Source of the DNA: an uncultured Bacilli bacterium | GTDB taxonomy: Bacteria; Bacillota_I; Bacilli_A; RF39; UBA660 | Direction of reading: 5' to 3' | Assembly (NCBI GenBank): GCA_947589435.1 | Contig: CANQBI010000003.1 | Span: 1-55,891, forward strand | Length of the DNA stretch: 55,891 nucleotides | Part shown: piece after piece, positions 8,010 through 18,281 of the stretch | Layout: each line of letters begins with the position of its first letter | How positions within the stretch are numbered: position 1 is the first letter of the stretch | Position numbers and translations under genes: made by a program | Notes under the pieces: generated by a model | The model's input: only the letters and a program-made list of their open reading frames with translations | Told to the model about the DNA's origin: nothing | The model's database searches: none

Positions 8010-9920
8010 CTACCCCTCTACCCGATAATCATCTTCCATAGTAAAGATGATATTTTCTTCAATCCACTCTTTACGAGGTTCAACTTTATCGCCCATTAAA
8101 ACATTAACTCTTTTTTCCGCTAAAGAGGCATCATATATATTTACTCTTACTAAAGTTCTCGTATCGGGATTCATCGTCGTATCCCAAAGTTCATCAGGAT
8201 TCATTTCTCCTAAACCTTTATTTCTAGATATATCTGGTTTACCTTGGTTTTCACTTACAATTTTAAATCTCTCATCATCACTATAAGCATAAAAATGTTT
8301 CTTACCATAATCGATTTTATATAAAGGAGGTTTCGCAATATAAAGTTTACCCGCCTCGATTAAAGGACGCATAAAACGATAAAAGAAAGTTAGCAATAAT
8401 ATTTGAATATGCGAACCGTCAACATCGGCATCGGTCATAATAATTACTTTATCATAATTAGAATCCTCAGCCACAAAATCACTACCAAGACCCGCTCCAA
8501 TAGTATGAATAATCGTATTAATTTCTTCATTTTTTAATATTTCGGCTTCACTACTTTTTTCCGCATTTATTACTTTTCCTCTTAAAGGTAAAATAGCTTG
8601 GAATTTACGATCTCTGCCACTTTTCGCACTACCACCCGCTGAATCTCCTTCTACTAAGAATAATTCATTTATCTTCGGATTTTTACTCGTGGCTTGCGCA
8701 AGTTTTCCGGATAATATCTTTTCAACTTTATTTTTACCTTTACCATTCCTTGCATCTTCTCTAGCTTTTCTTGCGGCTTCTCTTGCCACTTTACTTCTAG
8801 AGGCTTTATCGACTATATTTAAGGCAATATCTTTATTTTCTTCTAAAAAGAATTTAATATTTTCATAAGTTACACTTTCGGTGATGCTTCTTGCTTCTGG
8901 GGTGCCTAGTTTTCCTTTAGTTTGCCCTTCAAATTGAAGTAATCCTTCGGGTATTCTTAAATTAATAACAACACTTAAACCTTCTCTTACATCACTACCA
9001 TCAAAAGTATTATCTTTTCCCTTAAATAAGTTATTCATTTTAACATAATCATTAAAGGCTTTGGTAATACCCGTTTTAAATCCGACTTCGTGCGTACCGC
9101 CATCACTTGTTTTAACGTTATTTACGAAGGAAATGATATTTTCATTATAAGTATCGGTATATTGCATCGCAATATTTACTTCAATATTATTTTTGGTTCC
9201 ACTAAAGTTTAAGACTTTATGTAAAGTATTTTTGCCTTCATTCATGTATTCAACGAAGTTTGTAAGTCCCGCTTCATAATGGTACTTAACTTCTCTTTTA
9301 CTATCTTCATCAATAACTTCAATTGTAACATTCGGAATTAAAAAGGCACTTTCTTGCATTCTTTCACAAATTGTCGTATACGAAAAATTACAATTTTTAA
9401 AGATGCTATAATCCGGTAAAAACGTAACAACAGTTCCTGTTTTATTGGTAGTTCCTACCGTTTTTAATTCTTCCTCAACTACGCCCCCATCTTTAAAACG
9501 AATGTTAGAAATTTTACCATCCCGGTAAATTAAAACATCCATTCTCTCACTTAAAGCATTAACAACAGAAGCTCCAACTCCGTGAAGACCGCCACTTACT
9601 TTGTAGTTCCCTTCTTCAAATTTACCACCGGCATGTAAAATGGTATAGATAACCTCAGGAGTTGATTTTCCACTTTCATGCATCCCAATAGGAACTCCTC
9701 TTCCATTATCCGCAATGGTAACGGAACCATCTTTATGTAAAACAATTTTTATATAATCACCATAACCATTGATAATTTCATCAATTGAGTTATCAACAAT
9801 TTCCCATATTAAATGATGAAGTCCTCTTTTATCCGTACTTCCAATATACATTCCCGGTCTTTTTCTGACCGCTTCTAAACCTTCTAAAATTTTGATTGAT
9901 GTTTCATCATATTTTGCCAT
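8010..9920 (-). CDS. parE: DNA topoisomerase IV subunit B
   Basis: 636 aa; EAVRKRPGMYIGSTDKRGLHHL, VEGDSAGGSAK, IMTDADVDG; C-terminal VEPRKEWIEENI.F of Bacilli ParE type. Confidence 0.93.
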   Translation of the reverse strand: MAKYDETSIKILEGLEAVRKRPGMYIGSTDKRGLHHLIWEIVDNSIDEIINGYGDYIKIVLHKDGSVTIADNGRGVPIGMHESGKSTPEVIYTILHAGGKFEEGNYKVSGGLHGVGASVVNALSERMDVLIYRDGKISNIRFKDGGVVEEELKTVGTTNKTGTVVTFLPDYSIFKNCNFSYTTICERMQESAFLIPNVTIEVIDEDSKREVKYHYEAGLTNFVEYMNEGKNTLHKVLNFSGTKNNIEVNIAMQYTDTYNENIISFVNNVKTSDGGTHEVGFKTGITKAFNDYVKMNNLFKGKDNTFDGSDVREGLSVVINLRIPEGLLQFEGQTKGKLGTPEARSITESVTYENIKFFLEENKDIALNIVDKASRSKVAREAARKAREDARNGKGKNKVEKILSGKLAQATSKNPKINELFLVEGDSAGGSAKSGRDRKFQAILPLRGKVINAEKSSEAEILKNEEINTIIHTIGAGLGSDFVAEDSNYDKVIIMTDADVDGSHIQILLLTFFYRFMRPLIEAGKLYIAKPPLYKIDYGKKHFYAYSDDERFKIVSENQGKPDISRNKGLGEMNPDELWDTTMNPDTRTLVRVNIYDASLAEKRVNVLMGDKVEPRKEWIEENIIFTMEDDYRVEG

Positions 9921-9976
9921 ATCTTTTATTCACCATTTTAATTGTATCACAAGAAAGTTAGGCTTTTCAACTTTCC

Positions 9977-11023
9977 TTAGACATTTTTTGACGGAACACT
10001 TATTTTTTCAGTAGCAACTCTTTTTTTCGGAAACCGAAATAGACAGTAAAAAATAGCACTTATTATAACTAAGAAATAGAAATTAAAACATCTAAGCATA
10101 AGCATACCAGACAGGGCAAGAGTACTTCCATAAAGAATCTCATTAACGACTAAAGTTAAACCTTCATTAACCATAACACCTCCCGGTGTAGGCATTAAAT
10201 CACTACCAAAGCAGACACAAACTTGGAAAGCCATTACGACAAAGACAGAATGTTCATTTAAACCAAAGGCTCTATAAACGGTGTAACTCGCAAGTAAGAA
10301 TAAAATTCTTTGCGCAATCATTAAAAGAAGAGACTCTACTAAAATCATTTTATTCTCTTTAGTTAAAGAAGCACACTTTTGATAATTTAATAAAGCATCA
10401 GCCAATTTTTCTTTTAATTCTTCTTTATTTTTTATAAATTTAATATGATCAATAAGAAAATTCGCTATTTTTAAAAACAAATTACTCATTTTCTTAGAAT
10501 AAATGGCTCCCGCAAAAAAGAAAGATACAAAGATAGCCGTTCCATAGCCTAAACATACTAAAACTTGATAAAAGGTATTTAAAGTTAAAACCGTACCCCC
10601 ATAGAAAATAAATAAAATAGTGGCCACGATTAATAAAGCAATTCTATTCATCATCGAATTAAATAAAACTACGACACTACTTACTTCATAAGGAACATTA
10701 TCTTTTTTCATTTCGAGCATTTGAATAGGTTGCCCTCCAATATAACTTGGCGTAATAGAGGAAAAATAAATCTCCGTAAACATAAAACCCAAAGCATCAA
10801 AAAATTTAACATTATATTTAAAATGATGTAAAATCCTTTTTAAAAAGAAACTTCCAATAAAGACATACCCTACCATACATAAAAATGTTAAAAACACAAA
10901 AAGAGAGTTAGTATTTCTAAAGGAAGCAACAAGCAAATTAAAATCACATCCTCTTAATACAAAAAAATAAGTGAGAATGACTAATGTTATAAATAAAATA
11001 CTTGATAAAACATACTTCTTCAT
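9977..11023 (-). CDS. Lysylphosphatidylglycerol synthase TM-domain (flippase-like) protein
   Basis: 348 aa multi-TM; YFSSITPSYIGGQP and PTPGG..V.E motifs. Confidence 0.85.
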   Translation of the reverse strand: MKKYVLSSILFITLVILTYFFVLRGCDFNLLVASFRNTNSLFVFLTFLCMVGYVFIGSFFLKRILHHFKYNVKFFDALGFMFTEIYFSSITPSYIGGQPIQMLEMKKDNVPYEVSSVVVLFNSMMNRIALLIVATILFIFYGGTVLTLNTFYQVLVCLGYGTAIFVSFFFAGAIYSKKMSNLFLKIANFLIDHIKFIKNKEELKEKLADALLNYQKCASLTKENKMILVESLLLMIAQRILFLLASYTVYRAFGLNEHSVFVVMAFQVCVCFGSDLMPTPGGVMVNEGLTLVVNEILYGSTLALSGMLMLRCFNFYFLVIISAIFYCLFRFPKKRVATEKISVPSKNV

Positions 11024-11108
11024 AAATATCCCTTCTTTAAGTATAACATAAAATATTTTTTAGAAAAGATATTTTAATTTTTTATTAACACACTTGTAAC
11101 ATTAAAAT

Positions 11109-11139
11109 AAAAAAAATAACTATTCTGATAAAATAGTTA
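11109..11139 (-). terminator. Intrinsic terminator
   Basis: Stem TAACTATT/AATAGTTA (11117-11124 and 11132-11139) followed by T8 on the minus strand. Confidence 0.75.
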
Positions 11140-11401
11140 CCTTAGTTTAAATAACTTCTCCGCGTAATTTAAAATTACTCTCCATAATTTTAAATATTAA
11201 CTAAATATTATCAGTATTTAGTGCAGATAGCTTATCTTTAGAGTTTTCTTTCTCTTAAAACAATTGTCTTTACTTAGCGTAGATAAGATTATTATTACAT
11301 AATTTATTTACTAATTAAATATATCTTTCACACATAGCAACATTACTACAAAACATAATAACTTCTAACTATGACTACTAAATATATTATCTTTACTAAG
11401 T
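11109..11401 (-). ncRNA. Candidate stand-alone RNA of about 290 nt, class unknown
   Basis: Bounded by a consensus sigmaA promoter and an intrinsic terminator; the only ORF I noticed is 13 codons with a weak RBS. Confidence 0.45.
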
Positions 11402-11407
11402 AATTTT

Positions 11408-11436
11408 ATTATAGTATTAATTATTTATTTTGTCAA
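11408..11436 (-). promoter_or_regulatory. Consensus sigmaA promoter TTGACA-N17-TATAAT
   Basis: Exact match: -35 at 11436-11431, -10 at 11413-11408. Confidence 0.85.
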
Positions 11437-11461
11437 TATATGCAATGAAAAAAAGAACCAA

Positions 11462-12022
11462 TTAGGCTCTTCCCGCATATTTTCCATCTTTAGTAGTAAC
11501 TAAGATTTTTTCACCTTCATTAATAAATAAAGGCACCTTTATAACTTTACCAGTTTCAAGTTTTGCATCTTTTTGGGCATTAGTAGCGGTATTTCCTTTA
11601 ACAGCTTCCGTAGTTTCTACAACTTCATACTCAATTTTTTCTGGTAAAGTAATCCCAATTATTTCACCTTCATAGAAATCGATAGAAATATCAATACCTT
11701 CTTTAATAAAATCGGCATCGTCTCCTAAAATCTTTTTAGGTACTTCGATTTGTTCATAAGTTTCATTATTCATAAATACTAAGTCATCACCACTAGCATA
11801 TAAATATTGAACTTTACTTTTATCGATATGCGCTCTCGTTATTTTAATGTTGGTATTAAATGTTTGTTCCACAATCGAACCAGTTCTTAAATTTTTTAAT
11901 TTAATTCTAACAAAAGCAGGGCCTTTACCTGGTTTTACATGTTGGAATTCTTGAATTAAACATAAGTTACCATCAATAATAACAGTCATACCGTTTTTGA
12001 TATCATTAATATTAATGTTCAT
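11462..12022 (-). CDS. efp: Elongation factor P
   Basis: 186 aa; FQHVKPGKGPAFVR.K.KNL.TG and KGNTAT...K.A.LETG motifs. Confidence 0.98.
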   Translation of the reverse strand: MNININDIKNGMTVIIDGNLCLIQEFQHVKPGKGPAFVRIKLKNLRTGSIVEQTFNTNIKITRAHIDKSKVQYLYASGDDLVFMNNETYEQIEVPKKILGDDADFIKEGIDISIDFYEGEIIGITLPEKIEYEVVETTEAVKGNTATNAQKDAKLETGKVIKVPLFINEGEKILVTTKDGKYAGRA

Positions 12023-12042
12023 TTAAACTCCTCTTTTCTAAA

Positions 12043-12207
12043 TTATTTCTTTTCTTTTGCAACAACGTTTTTACGACATTTAGGACAATATTTTTTAACT
12101 TCTAAACGTTCAGGATTGTTCTTTTTATTTTTACTTGTTGGACGTAATTCCATACCGCATTCAGTACAACGCATAGTAACATAATTACGGTTTTCATTCT
12201 TAGCCAT
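12043..12207 (-). CDS. rpmG: 50S ribosomal protein L33 (Zn-binding form)
   Basis: Not in the ORF track. My translation: [54 protein letters not shown]; RBS GGAGG. Confidence 0.96.
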   Translation of the reverse strand: MAKNENRNYVTMRCTECGMELRPTSKNKKNNPERLEVKKYCPKCRKNVVAKEKK

Positions 12208-12249
12208 AATAGAGACCTCCTCACCTAACCACCATATTATACCAAATTT

Positions 12250-14187
12250 TTACTCTTTTTCAAATAGAAAGTTCATAATACTTTGCGAAATATAGCGAGT
12301 TATATATACTTTACTATAATTATATTCTTTTAAAACATAAATATTGGGGGCTAAAACTACGACACTATACTTGGGATTATCATAAGGAGCAAAACCCACA
12401 AAGGCGATGGAAGTTGTTTTGGTATCCATCACACCATCGTTGTTCGTATCGATAAATGTTTCACTTGTTCCCGTTTTACCGGCCGGATTATATTCACTTT
12501 TAATATAACTTCTGGCTGTCCCACTAGTGGTAGCTAAATGCATGGCCTCTTTTAATCTTTCTAAATAAACATTATCTAGACTAACATTATTTAAAACGGT
12601 ATAATCATTTTGGAAAATAGTAGTATTTTCATTTTTAATTTCTTTCATAAGTTGCGGTTTTCTTCTTACTCCACTACTGGCAATGGTATTAACATATTGA
12701 AATAATTCCATTGGGGTATACGTGTCATATTGGCCAATACTTAAATTAAGAAGCAAATCACTCGAGGTTAAAGCCCCTTTAATACCTGTTTTTTCGTTAG
12801 GTAAATCTATTCCCGTTAGATTTCCTAAACCATATTCTTTATACATATCCCGGAATTTATTAAAATCATTTTCACTTGTATTTAAAGTCATATTATATTT
12901 ATATTCTTGATTAGTAAGACCTATCGCTATTTTAAATTGGTAATAATTACTACTTTTACTTATCGCCGTTAAATCATTTACTTTACCTAAATTTTTATAA
13001 CTACATTTAATCGGTACTTGATAGAGTTTAATACACCCATCTTGCACACTGGTTCCAATATCAATAACGCCATATTTATAACCCGTGCTAATCGTTGCCA
13101 TTTTAACAACACTTCCCACGGTAAAAGAAGAATTAATTAAATTAGTATTCACACTTTTAAAAGTTTCATCTTCTAAAGAGATTAACTTTTGCCCACTTAA
13201 AGCAATAATTTCGCCCGTATTAGGGTCTCCCACAATACTATAACTTTCACTAAAATAATCGGTATTCTTTCTTTTTTTACCCAAAATAATATTTTCTCTT
13301 AAAATACTTTCTAATTTAAGTTCAACATCGATATCAATCGATAAGACTAAATCATTACCATTCTTAGCTTCTTTTATTACTTTTAATGTATTATCGCTAT
13401 TAACTTCGTATAATTCTTTTTCCCCTTTTAAATAATCTTCATATTCTTTTTCTAAATAACTTAAACCGACTATATCATTTAAATTATACCCTTTTTTTAA
13501 ATATTCTTCTTTTTCTTCTTCGGGAATTCTGCCAATGGACCCAAATAAGTCTTTTAGGGTATCTCCATAATTATAAACTCTTTCCCAAGTAAGTTCCGTA
13601 CTTACCCCTTCAATATTTTTATCTACTAAAGTACTATATTCTAAGTCACTAATATTTTTGGAAATTATCTTTTTTGCATAAGAATAACCTTTGTTCATTA
13701 AATCATAAATAGTCGCGGTCTTCTTCTCTATTTCCTCTAAATTATTAATATCTTCCTCTTTAACTCTTTCTAATTTTAAATTTTCAATATCTTTACTGGT
13801 AATTTTGCGCATCTTTAACTTTTCGTACTCTTCTTCAGTTATTAAATCATCCCCATTATTATGCGTAAGTAACCAATATTTCTTTAAGACATTTTCATTA
13901 ATGGATATATTGATAATTTCTGCGAGTTCCCTTGCTATTTCTAATTCTTTTTGGACAGTTACACCCTTTAATTTGGTATAAAATAAAGTTTTAACTCCCA
14001 TGTTATCCACTAAAACTTTACCATTCCTATCTAAAATTCTTCCTCTTGGAGCACTTTCCCCATAAACATAATTTATCGTTTTATTTTCCAATTTTTTTAA
14101 ACTTTCTTCATGATTATTTAAATTTAAATAAACCATTCTTCCTAAAAGGATTAAAAAGATAATTGTTATTCCTAAATATTTTTTCAT
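12250..14187 (-). CDS. Class B penicillin-binding protein (transpeptidase)
   Basis: APRGRILDRNG dimerisation domain; GSVVK (SxxK), SSN and GKTGT motifs. Probable start is MKKYLG at 14187; the track start is 14217. Confidence 0.92.
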   Translation of the reverse strand: MKKYLGITIIFLILLGRMVYLNLNNHEESLKKLENKTINYVYGESAPRGRILDRNGKVLVDNMGVKTLFYTKLKGVTVQKELEIARELAEIINISINENVLKKYWLLTHNNGDDLITEEEYEKLKMRKITSKDIENLKLERVKEEDINNLEEIEKKTATIYDLMNKGYSYAKKIISKNISDLEYSTLVDKNIEGVSTELTWERVYNYGDTLKDLFGSIGRIPEEEKEEYLKKGYNLNDIVGLSYLEKEYEDYLKGEKELYEVNSDNTLKVIKEAKNGNDLVLSIDIDVELKLESILRENIILGKKRKNTDYFSESYSIVGDPNTGEIIALSGQKLISLEDETFKSVNTNLINSSFTVGSVVKMATISTGYKYGVIDIGTSVQDGCIKLYQVPIKCSYKNLGKVNDLTAISKSSNYYQFKIAIGLTNQEYKYNMTLNTSENDFNKFRDMYKEYGLGNLTGIDLPNEKTGIKGALTSSDLLLNLSIGQYDTYTPMELFQYVNTIASSGVRRKPQLMKEIKNENTTIFQNDYTVLNNVSLDNVYLERLKEAMHLATTSGTARSYIKSEYNPAGKTGTSETFIDTNNDGVMDTKTTSIAFVGFAPYDNPKYSVVVLAPNIYVLKEYNYSKVYITRYISQSIMNFLFEKE

Positions 14188-14271
14188 AAAATCCACCATT
14201 ATTAGTATGGTAAACAAGATATAATGTATTCATTTTTAAATAAATACATAAAATATAACAGGTGAATAATT

Positions 14272-14532
14272 ATGTTTAATATAATAGAAAGATATATAAG
14301 TAAAATAACTAAAGAAGATGTTAATAATTTTGCTATTTCTAAAAATATTACTTTATCGGAAAGTGAACTGGACTTTACTTATGAATTTTTAAAAAAGAAT
14401 GCTCTAGAGGCTTTAAAGAATCCTCGTCTTTTTGATATAAATCGTTATCAAAATCATTACACAAAAGAAAACTTTAACAAAATCGTTAAAGTTTATGAAG
14501 AATATAGTTCCCTTTACAGTCGTTATTTATAA
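14272..14532 (+). CDS. DUF2624/YqfT-like protein
   Basis: 86 aa, I..IT.ED...FA....I.L...E. Convergent with nfo, as yqfT-nfo(yqfS) is in Bacillus. Confidence 0.6.
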   Translation: MFNIIERYISKITKEDVNNFAISKNITLSESELDFTYEFLKKNALEALKNPRLFDINRYQNHYTKENFNKIVKVYEEYSSLYSRYL

Positions 14533-15425
14533 TATTCTCGGACTTCTTCAATTAAATTAGGATTAAACTCTCCCTTTTTAATCATTGCAATTTCTTGTTT
14601 ATAAGGAGGATAAACTAATTCTTTTTCATTATCATTTTTACTTATATAAGGTGTTTCTAAAATTTTAGGAACATCTTTTAATTTTTCATTATTTATTATT
14701 TTGATTAAATTATCAAAACCAATAGTCCCATACCCAATGTTAGCATGACGATCTTTATGCGTTCCTCTTTCATTTTTACTATCATTTACATGAATACATT
14801 TTATTTTATCTAAGGGAATTATTTTCGCAAAACTATCTAAAAATAAATCAAAGTTACTCATATCATATCCGGCATCATTTAAATGGCAAGTATCAAGACA
14901 AACACCAATATTGGAAGATTTAACGCCATCTAAAATGGTTTTAACTTCTTCAATCGTTTTTCCACATTCACTACCTTTTCCTGCCATCGTTTCTAAAATA
15001 ATCATACATTTATCATCATCACTAATAATGTAATTTAAAGCCTCAATTATATTGTTTATACCCTTTTCAGTGGTATATTTAACACTACTTCCCGGATGTA
15101 AAACAATATATTTAATTCCTAATTCTTCACATCTTCTAATTTCATTTTTTAAAAAACTAATCGAAAAATTCCAAGCATCTTCTTTTTCTTTATTGGCTAA
15201 ATTAACAATATAAGGAGCATGACAAATCACATTATCCATACTAATATTATTTTCTTGCATTAATTTTTTGGCCTCACTCGTTAAATTACTATCTATTTTA
15301 CTTCTAAAAGTATTTTGGGGAGCTCCGGTATATAACATAAAGGCATTGGCTCCATAACTTAAAGCCTCTTTTAAACTTCCTAATATTTGGGTGCTTCCAA
15401 ATCTTACATGACTACCTATTATCAC
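14523..15425 (-). CDS. nfo: Endonuclease IV
   Basis: IGSHV, HAPYIVNL, VLHPGS, LETMAGKGSECG, CLDTCH, H.NDSK, DRHANIG.G.IG motifs. Confidence 0.97.
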   Translation of the reverse strand: MIIGSHVRFGSTQILGSLKEALSYGANAFMLYTGAPQNTFRSKIDSNLTSEAKKLMQENNISMDNVICHAPYIVNLANKEKEDAWNFSISFLKNEIRRCEELGIKYIVLHPGSSVKYTTEKGINNIIEALNYIISDDDKCMIILETMAGKGSECGKTIEEVKTILDGVKSSNIGVCLDTCHLNDAGYDMSNFDLFLDSFAKIIPLDKIKCIHVNDSKNERGTHKDRHANIGYGTIGFDNLIKIINNEKLKDVPKILETPYISKNDNEKELVYPPYKQEIAMIKKGEFNPNLIEEVREYYK

Positions 15426-15494
15426 TTTATCACTGCTTTCTTACTTAATTATAAACTTTTTTATATATTTTGTAAAAAGAAAAAAGTTAGTAAA

Positions 15495-16028
15495 CTAATT
15501 TTTACTAACTTGGAATAATTCAACATCAACACTTGTTTCTTGACCAAATAAGTCAATAATGATGTTAAGACGATTATTTTCCGTATCAATATTATCAACT
15601 TTACCCATCATTCCTTTGAATGGTCCATCAACAATACTTACAGAGTCACCAACATGTAGGTCATCTTCGACATTAACTCTACTCATTCCCATATTAACTA
15701 GAATACGGTCAATTTCTTGAGGAAGTAATGGTGTTGGCTTAGCCCCTTTACCACTAGAACCAATAAATCCGGTAACTCCTGGGGTATTTCTTACGATATA
15801 CCAAGCTTCATCAGACATAATCATTTCGACTAAAATGTAGCCAGGAAACATTTTTTTAACTTTTTCTTTCTTGACACCATCTTTAACTTCTACTTCTTTA
15901 GTTTCGGGAATAACAATACGGAAAATATAATCTTGCATTCCCATTGATTCTATTTTAGCCTCTAATTTTTCTTTAACTTTACTTTCGTGTCCGGAATAAG
16001 TATTAACTACATACCATTCTTTTTCCAT
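15495..16028 (-). CDS. nusG: Transcription termination/antitermination factor NusG
   Basis: WYVVNTYSGHE.KVK, FPGYILVEM, VRNTPGVTGF, KOW motif DGPF. Confidence 0.98.
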   Translation of the reverse strand: MEKEWYVVNTYSGHESKVKEKLEAKIESMGMQDYIFRIVIPETKEVEVKDGVKKEKVKKMFPGYILVEMIMSDEAWYIVRNTPGVTGFIGSSGKGAKPTPLLPQEIDRILVNMGMSRVNVEDDLHVGDSVSIVDGPFKGMMGKVDNIDTENNRLNIIIDLFGQETSVDVELFQVSKN

Positions 16029-16318
16029 TAATTAAACAACCCCTTTATAAATGCTAGTATTAAATTTAAAACTTCAAAGAATGCCACTAAAACAACACAG
16101 AAAACAACAGTCGCAATTGTATATTTTAAGATTTCTTTAGCTGTAGGCCATTTAACAAGTTTCATTTCTTTTTTAATGCCTTTAGCTAAACCTTCTTTTT
16201 TTACCTTTTCTGTTTTCTTCTTTTTGTCTACTTTTTTACTTTCTGTCTTTTTAACTTTTTTTACATCTTTTTCCTTTTTTTCTTTTGCATCTTTTTTTGC
16301 TTTAACTTCTTTAGCCAT
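16028..16318 (-). CDS. secE: Preprotein translocase SecE
   Basis: EMKLVKWPT.KE followed by one TM helix; directly upstream of nusG. Confidence 0.95.
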   Translation of the reverse strand: MAKEVKAKKDAKEKKEKDVKKVKKTESKKVDKKKKTEKVKKEGLAKGIKKEMKLVKWPTAKEILKYTIATVVFCVVLVAFFEVLNLILAFIKGLFN

Positions 16319-16407
16319 TTTAACCTCCTAAAAATTTTTTCAATTAAAAAACACTTTCGTGTTCATTAATAATATACCATATCTTGCTATTTTATGCAAG
16401 GCCTATC

Positions 16408-16632
16408 TTAACGATTTCTTCCTTGTTGCTTATTTTCATAATGAAGATGTGCTAAAACATCATATTGAGGATCATTCATAATATTACGGATAGAATTAAT
16501 ATAATTAATAACTTGATCTTTATAAGCAAAACAAGCTGGACTATTAACCATTTCTATCGCCTCTTCTTCGCTTCTTCCTAATGCAATTAAATATTCCTTT
16601 AATTCTTCATTAGTAAGTTCTTTTCCTGCCAT
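16408..16632 (-). CDS. Small hypothetical protein (paralog of 16698-16913)
   Basis: 74 aa, RBS GGGAG; shared motif NEE...L...GRSE..A.....SP....YK......N..R...NDP..DVL..L. Confidence 0.75.
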   Translation of the reverse strand: MAGKELTNEELKEYLIALGRSEEEAIEMVNSPACFAYKDQVINYINSIRNIMNDPQYDVLAHLHYENKQQGRNR

Positions 16633-16697
16633 ATATAACTTCTCCCTTCGAGGAGCATATTTTAATCTAGGAATACTTAAATGTCAATAATTATGGC

Positions 16698-16913
16698 TTA
16701 AAATGGTTTTCTTTTAATTTCCTTAGGATTATTTTGTAAATAAGTTAAAACATCTAAGGTTGGGTCATTCTTCTTTACTCTTACATTATTTACAAATTCT
16801 TCAATTATACTTTTATAATTAACTCCTGAAGGACTTGCTAGTATTTTTCTTGCCTTTGCTTCACTTCTTCCAAATAACATTAGAAAAGCTACGGCTTCTT
16901 CATTAGATATCAC
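16698..16913 (-). CDS. Small hypothetical protein (paralog of 16408-16632)
   Basis: 71 aa, GTG start, same motif. Confidence 0.7.
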   Translation of the reverse strand: MISNEEAVAFLMLFGRSEAKARKILASPSGVNYKSIIEEFVNNVRVKKNDPTLDVLTYLQNNPKEIKRKPF

Positions 16914-16971
16914 AATTTCACTTCCTTTGCGTGAGTATGTATTTTAATCATTAAACGTTAAAAAGTCAATC

Positions 16972-18279
16972 CTAAAATGGCATTTTCATTTTCCCATTAC
17001 TCATACTTTTCATCATATTTTTCATCATTTCAAATTGTTTTAAAAGGCGATTAACTTCTTCAACACTCCGGCCACTTCCTTTAGCAATTCTTTGTTTTCT
17101 TGTAGCTTTTAATACTTCCGGATGTCTTCTTTCATATGGTGTCATAGATAATATGATGGCTTCAATGTGAGCCATATCTTTAGGATCAATCGAAATATTA
17201 TTTAAACCCATACTTCTGGCTTGCGGAAGCATTTTAATAATATTTTCTAAAGGCCCTAATCTTCTTATTTGTTTAAATGTGGTAAGGAAATCTTCTAAGT
17301 CAAAAGTTCCTTTTTGCATTTTTCTCGCTTGTTCTTTAGCTTCATCTTCGGAAACTATTCCTTCAACTTTTTCGGCAATCGATAGGATGTCGCCCATATC
17401 TAATATTCTTTCCGCCATTCTTTCCGGATAGAATTCACTTAAACCATCCATTTTTTCGGAGTCTCCGACAAATTTAATTGGCACATTGGTAAGATGTCTT
17501 AAAGATAGGGCTACTCCACCTTTGGTATCCCCATCCATTTTTGTTAAAATACAACCTGTTAAACTTAAGGCATCATTAAATCCCGTAATAACATTAATGG
17601 CATCTTGTCCCATCATGGCATCAATAACTAAAATAATTTCATTTAATTTAACATTTGATGAAATATTTTTTAACTCTTCCATTAAGTCTTCATCAATTTG
17701 CAAACGACCAGCTGTATCTACAATAACATAATCTAAGTTATTATCTTTCGCATAACTTATCCCATCATTCACAATTTCTAAGACATCTTTTTTATCTTCT
17801 TTAAAGATGGGTATATTTAAAGAGTTCGCTATATCTTCAAGTTGTTTTATCGCTGCCGGACGATAAATATCCCCCGCAATTAAAAGAGGTTTCCGGTTAT
17901 ATTTTTTTCTTAAAAGATTAGCAAGTTTTCCTGCTGTAGTTGTTTTACCACTACCTTGAAGACCACATAACATAATAACTTCAAATTTTTCCTTAGTATC
18001 TAGAGGAACATAATCTCCTCCAAGTAATGATACTAATTCATCTTTGACAATTTTTATAAATACTTCATCTGGCTTTAGGCTTTTTTCCACTTCCATACCT
18101 AAAGCTTTTTCTTTAACGGAGGCCACAAACTCTTTCACAACCATATAGTTAACATCAGCTTCTAGTAAAGCAAGACGAATTTCTTTCATGGCATCATTAA
18201 TATTATCTTCAGTTATTTTACCTAAACCTCTAATATTTTTAATAGCCTTACTTAATCTATCTCCCATATATTCAAACAT
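16972..18279 (-). CDS. ffh: Signal recognition particle protein
   Basis: ALLEADV, GLQGSGKTT, DTAGR, TKMDGD; Met-rich M domain with R..RIAKGSG. Confidence 0.98.
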   Translation of the reverse strand: MFEYMGDRLSKAIKNIRGLGKITEDNINDAMKEIRLALLEADVNYMVVKEFVASVKEKALGMEVEKSLKPDEVFIKIVKDELVSLLGGDYVPLDTKEKFEVIMLCGLQGSGKTTTAGKLANLLRKKYNRKPLLIAGDIYRPAAIKQLEDIANSLNIPIFKEDKKDVLEIVNDGISYAKDNNLDYVIVDTAGRLQIDEDLMEELKNISSNVKLNEIILVIDAMMGQDAINVITGFNDALSLTGCILTKMDGDTKGGVALSLRHLTNVPIKFVGDSEKMDGLSEFYPERMAERILDMGDILSIAEKVEGIVSEDEAKEQARKMQKGTFDLEDFLTTFKQIRRLGPLENIIKMLPQARSMGLNNISIDPKDMAHIEAIILSMTPYERRHPEVLKATRKQRIAKGSGRSVEEVNRLLKQFEMMKNMMKSMSNGKMKMPF

Positions 18280-18281
18280 AA

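Noticed and set aside
5523-9920. gyrB-gyrA
   Set aside because: The N- and C-terminal signatures fit Bacilli ParE/ParC better, and I saw no GyrA box.
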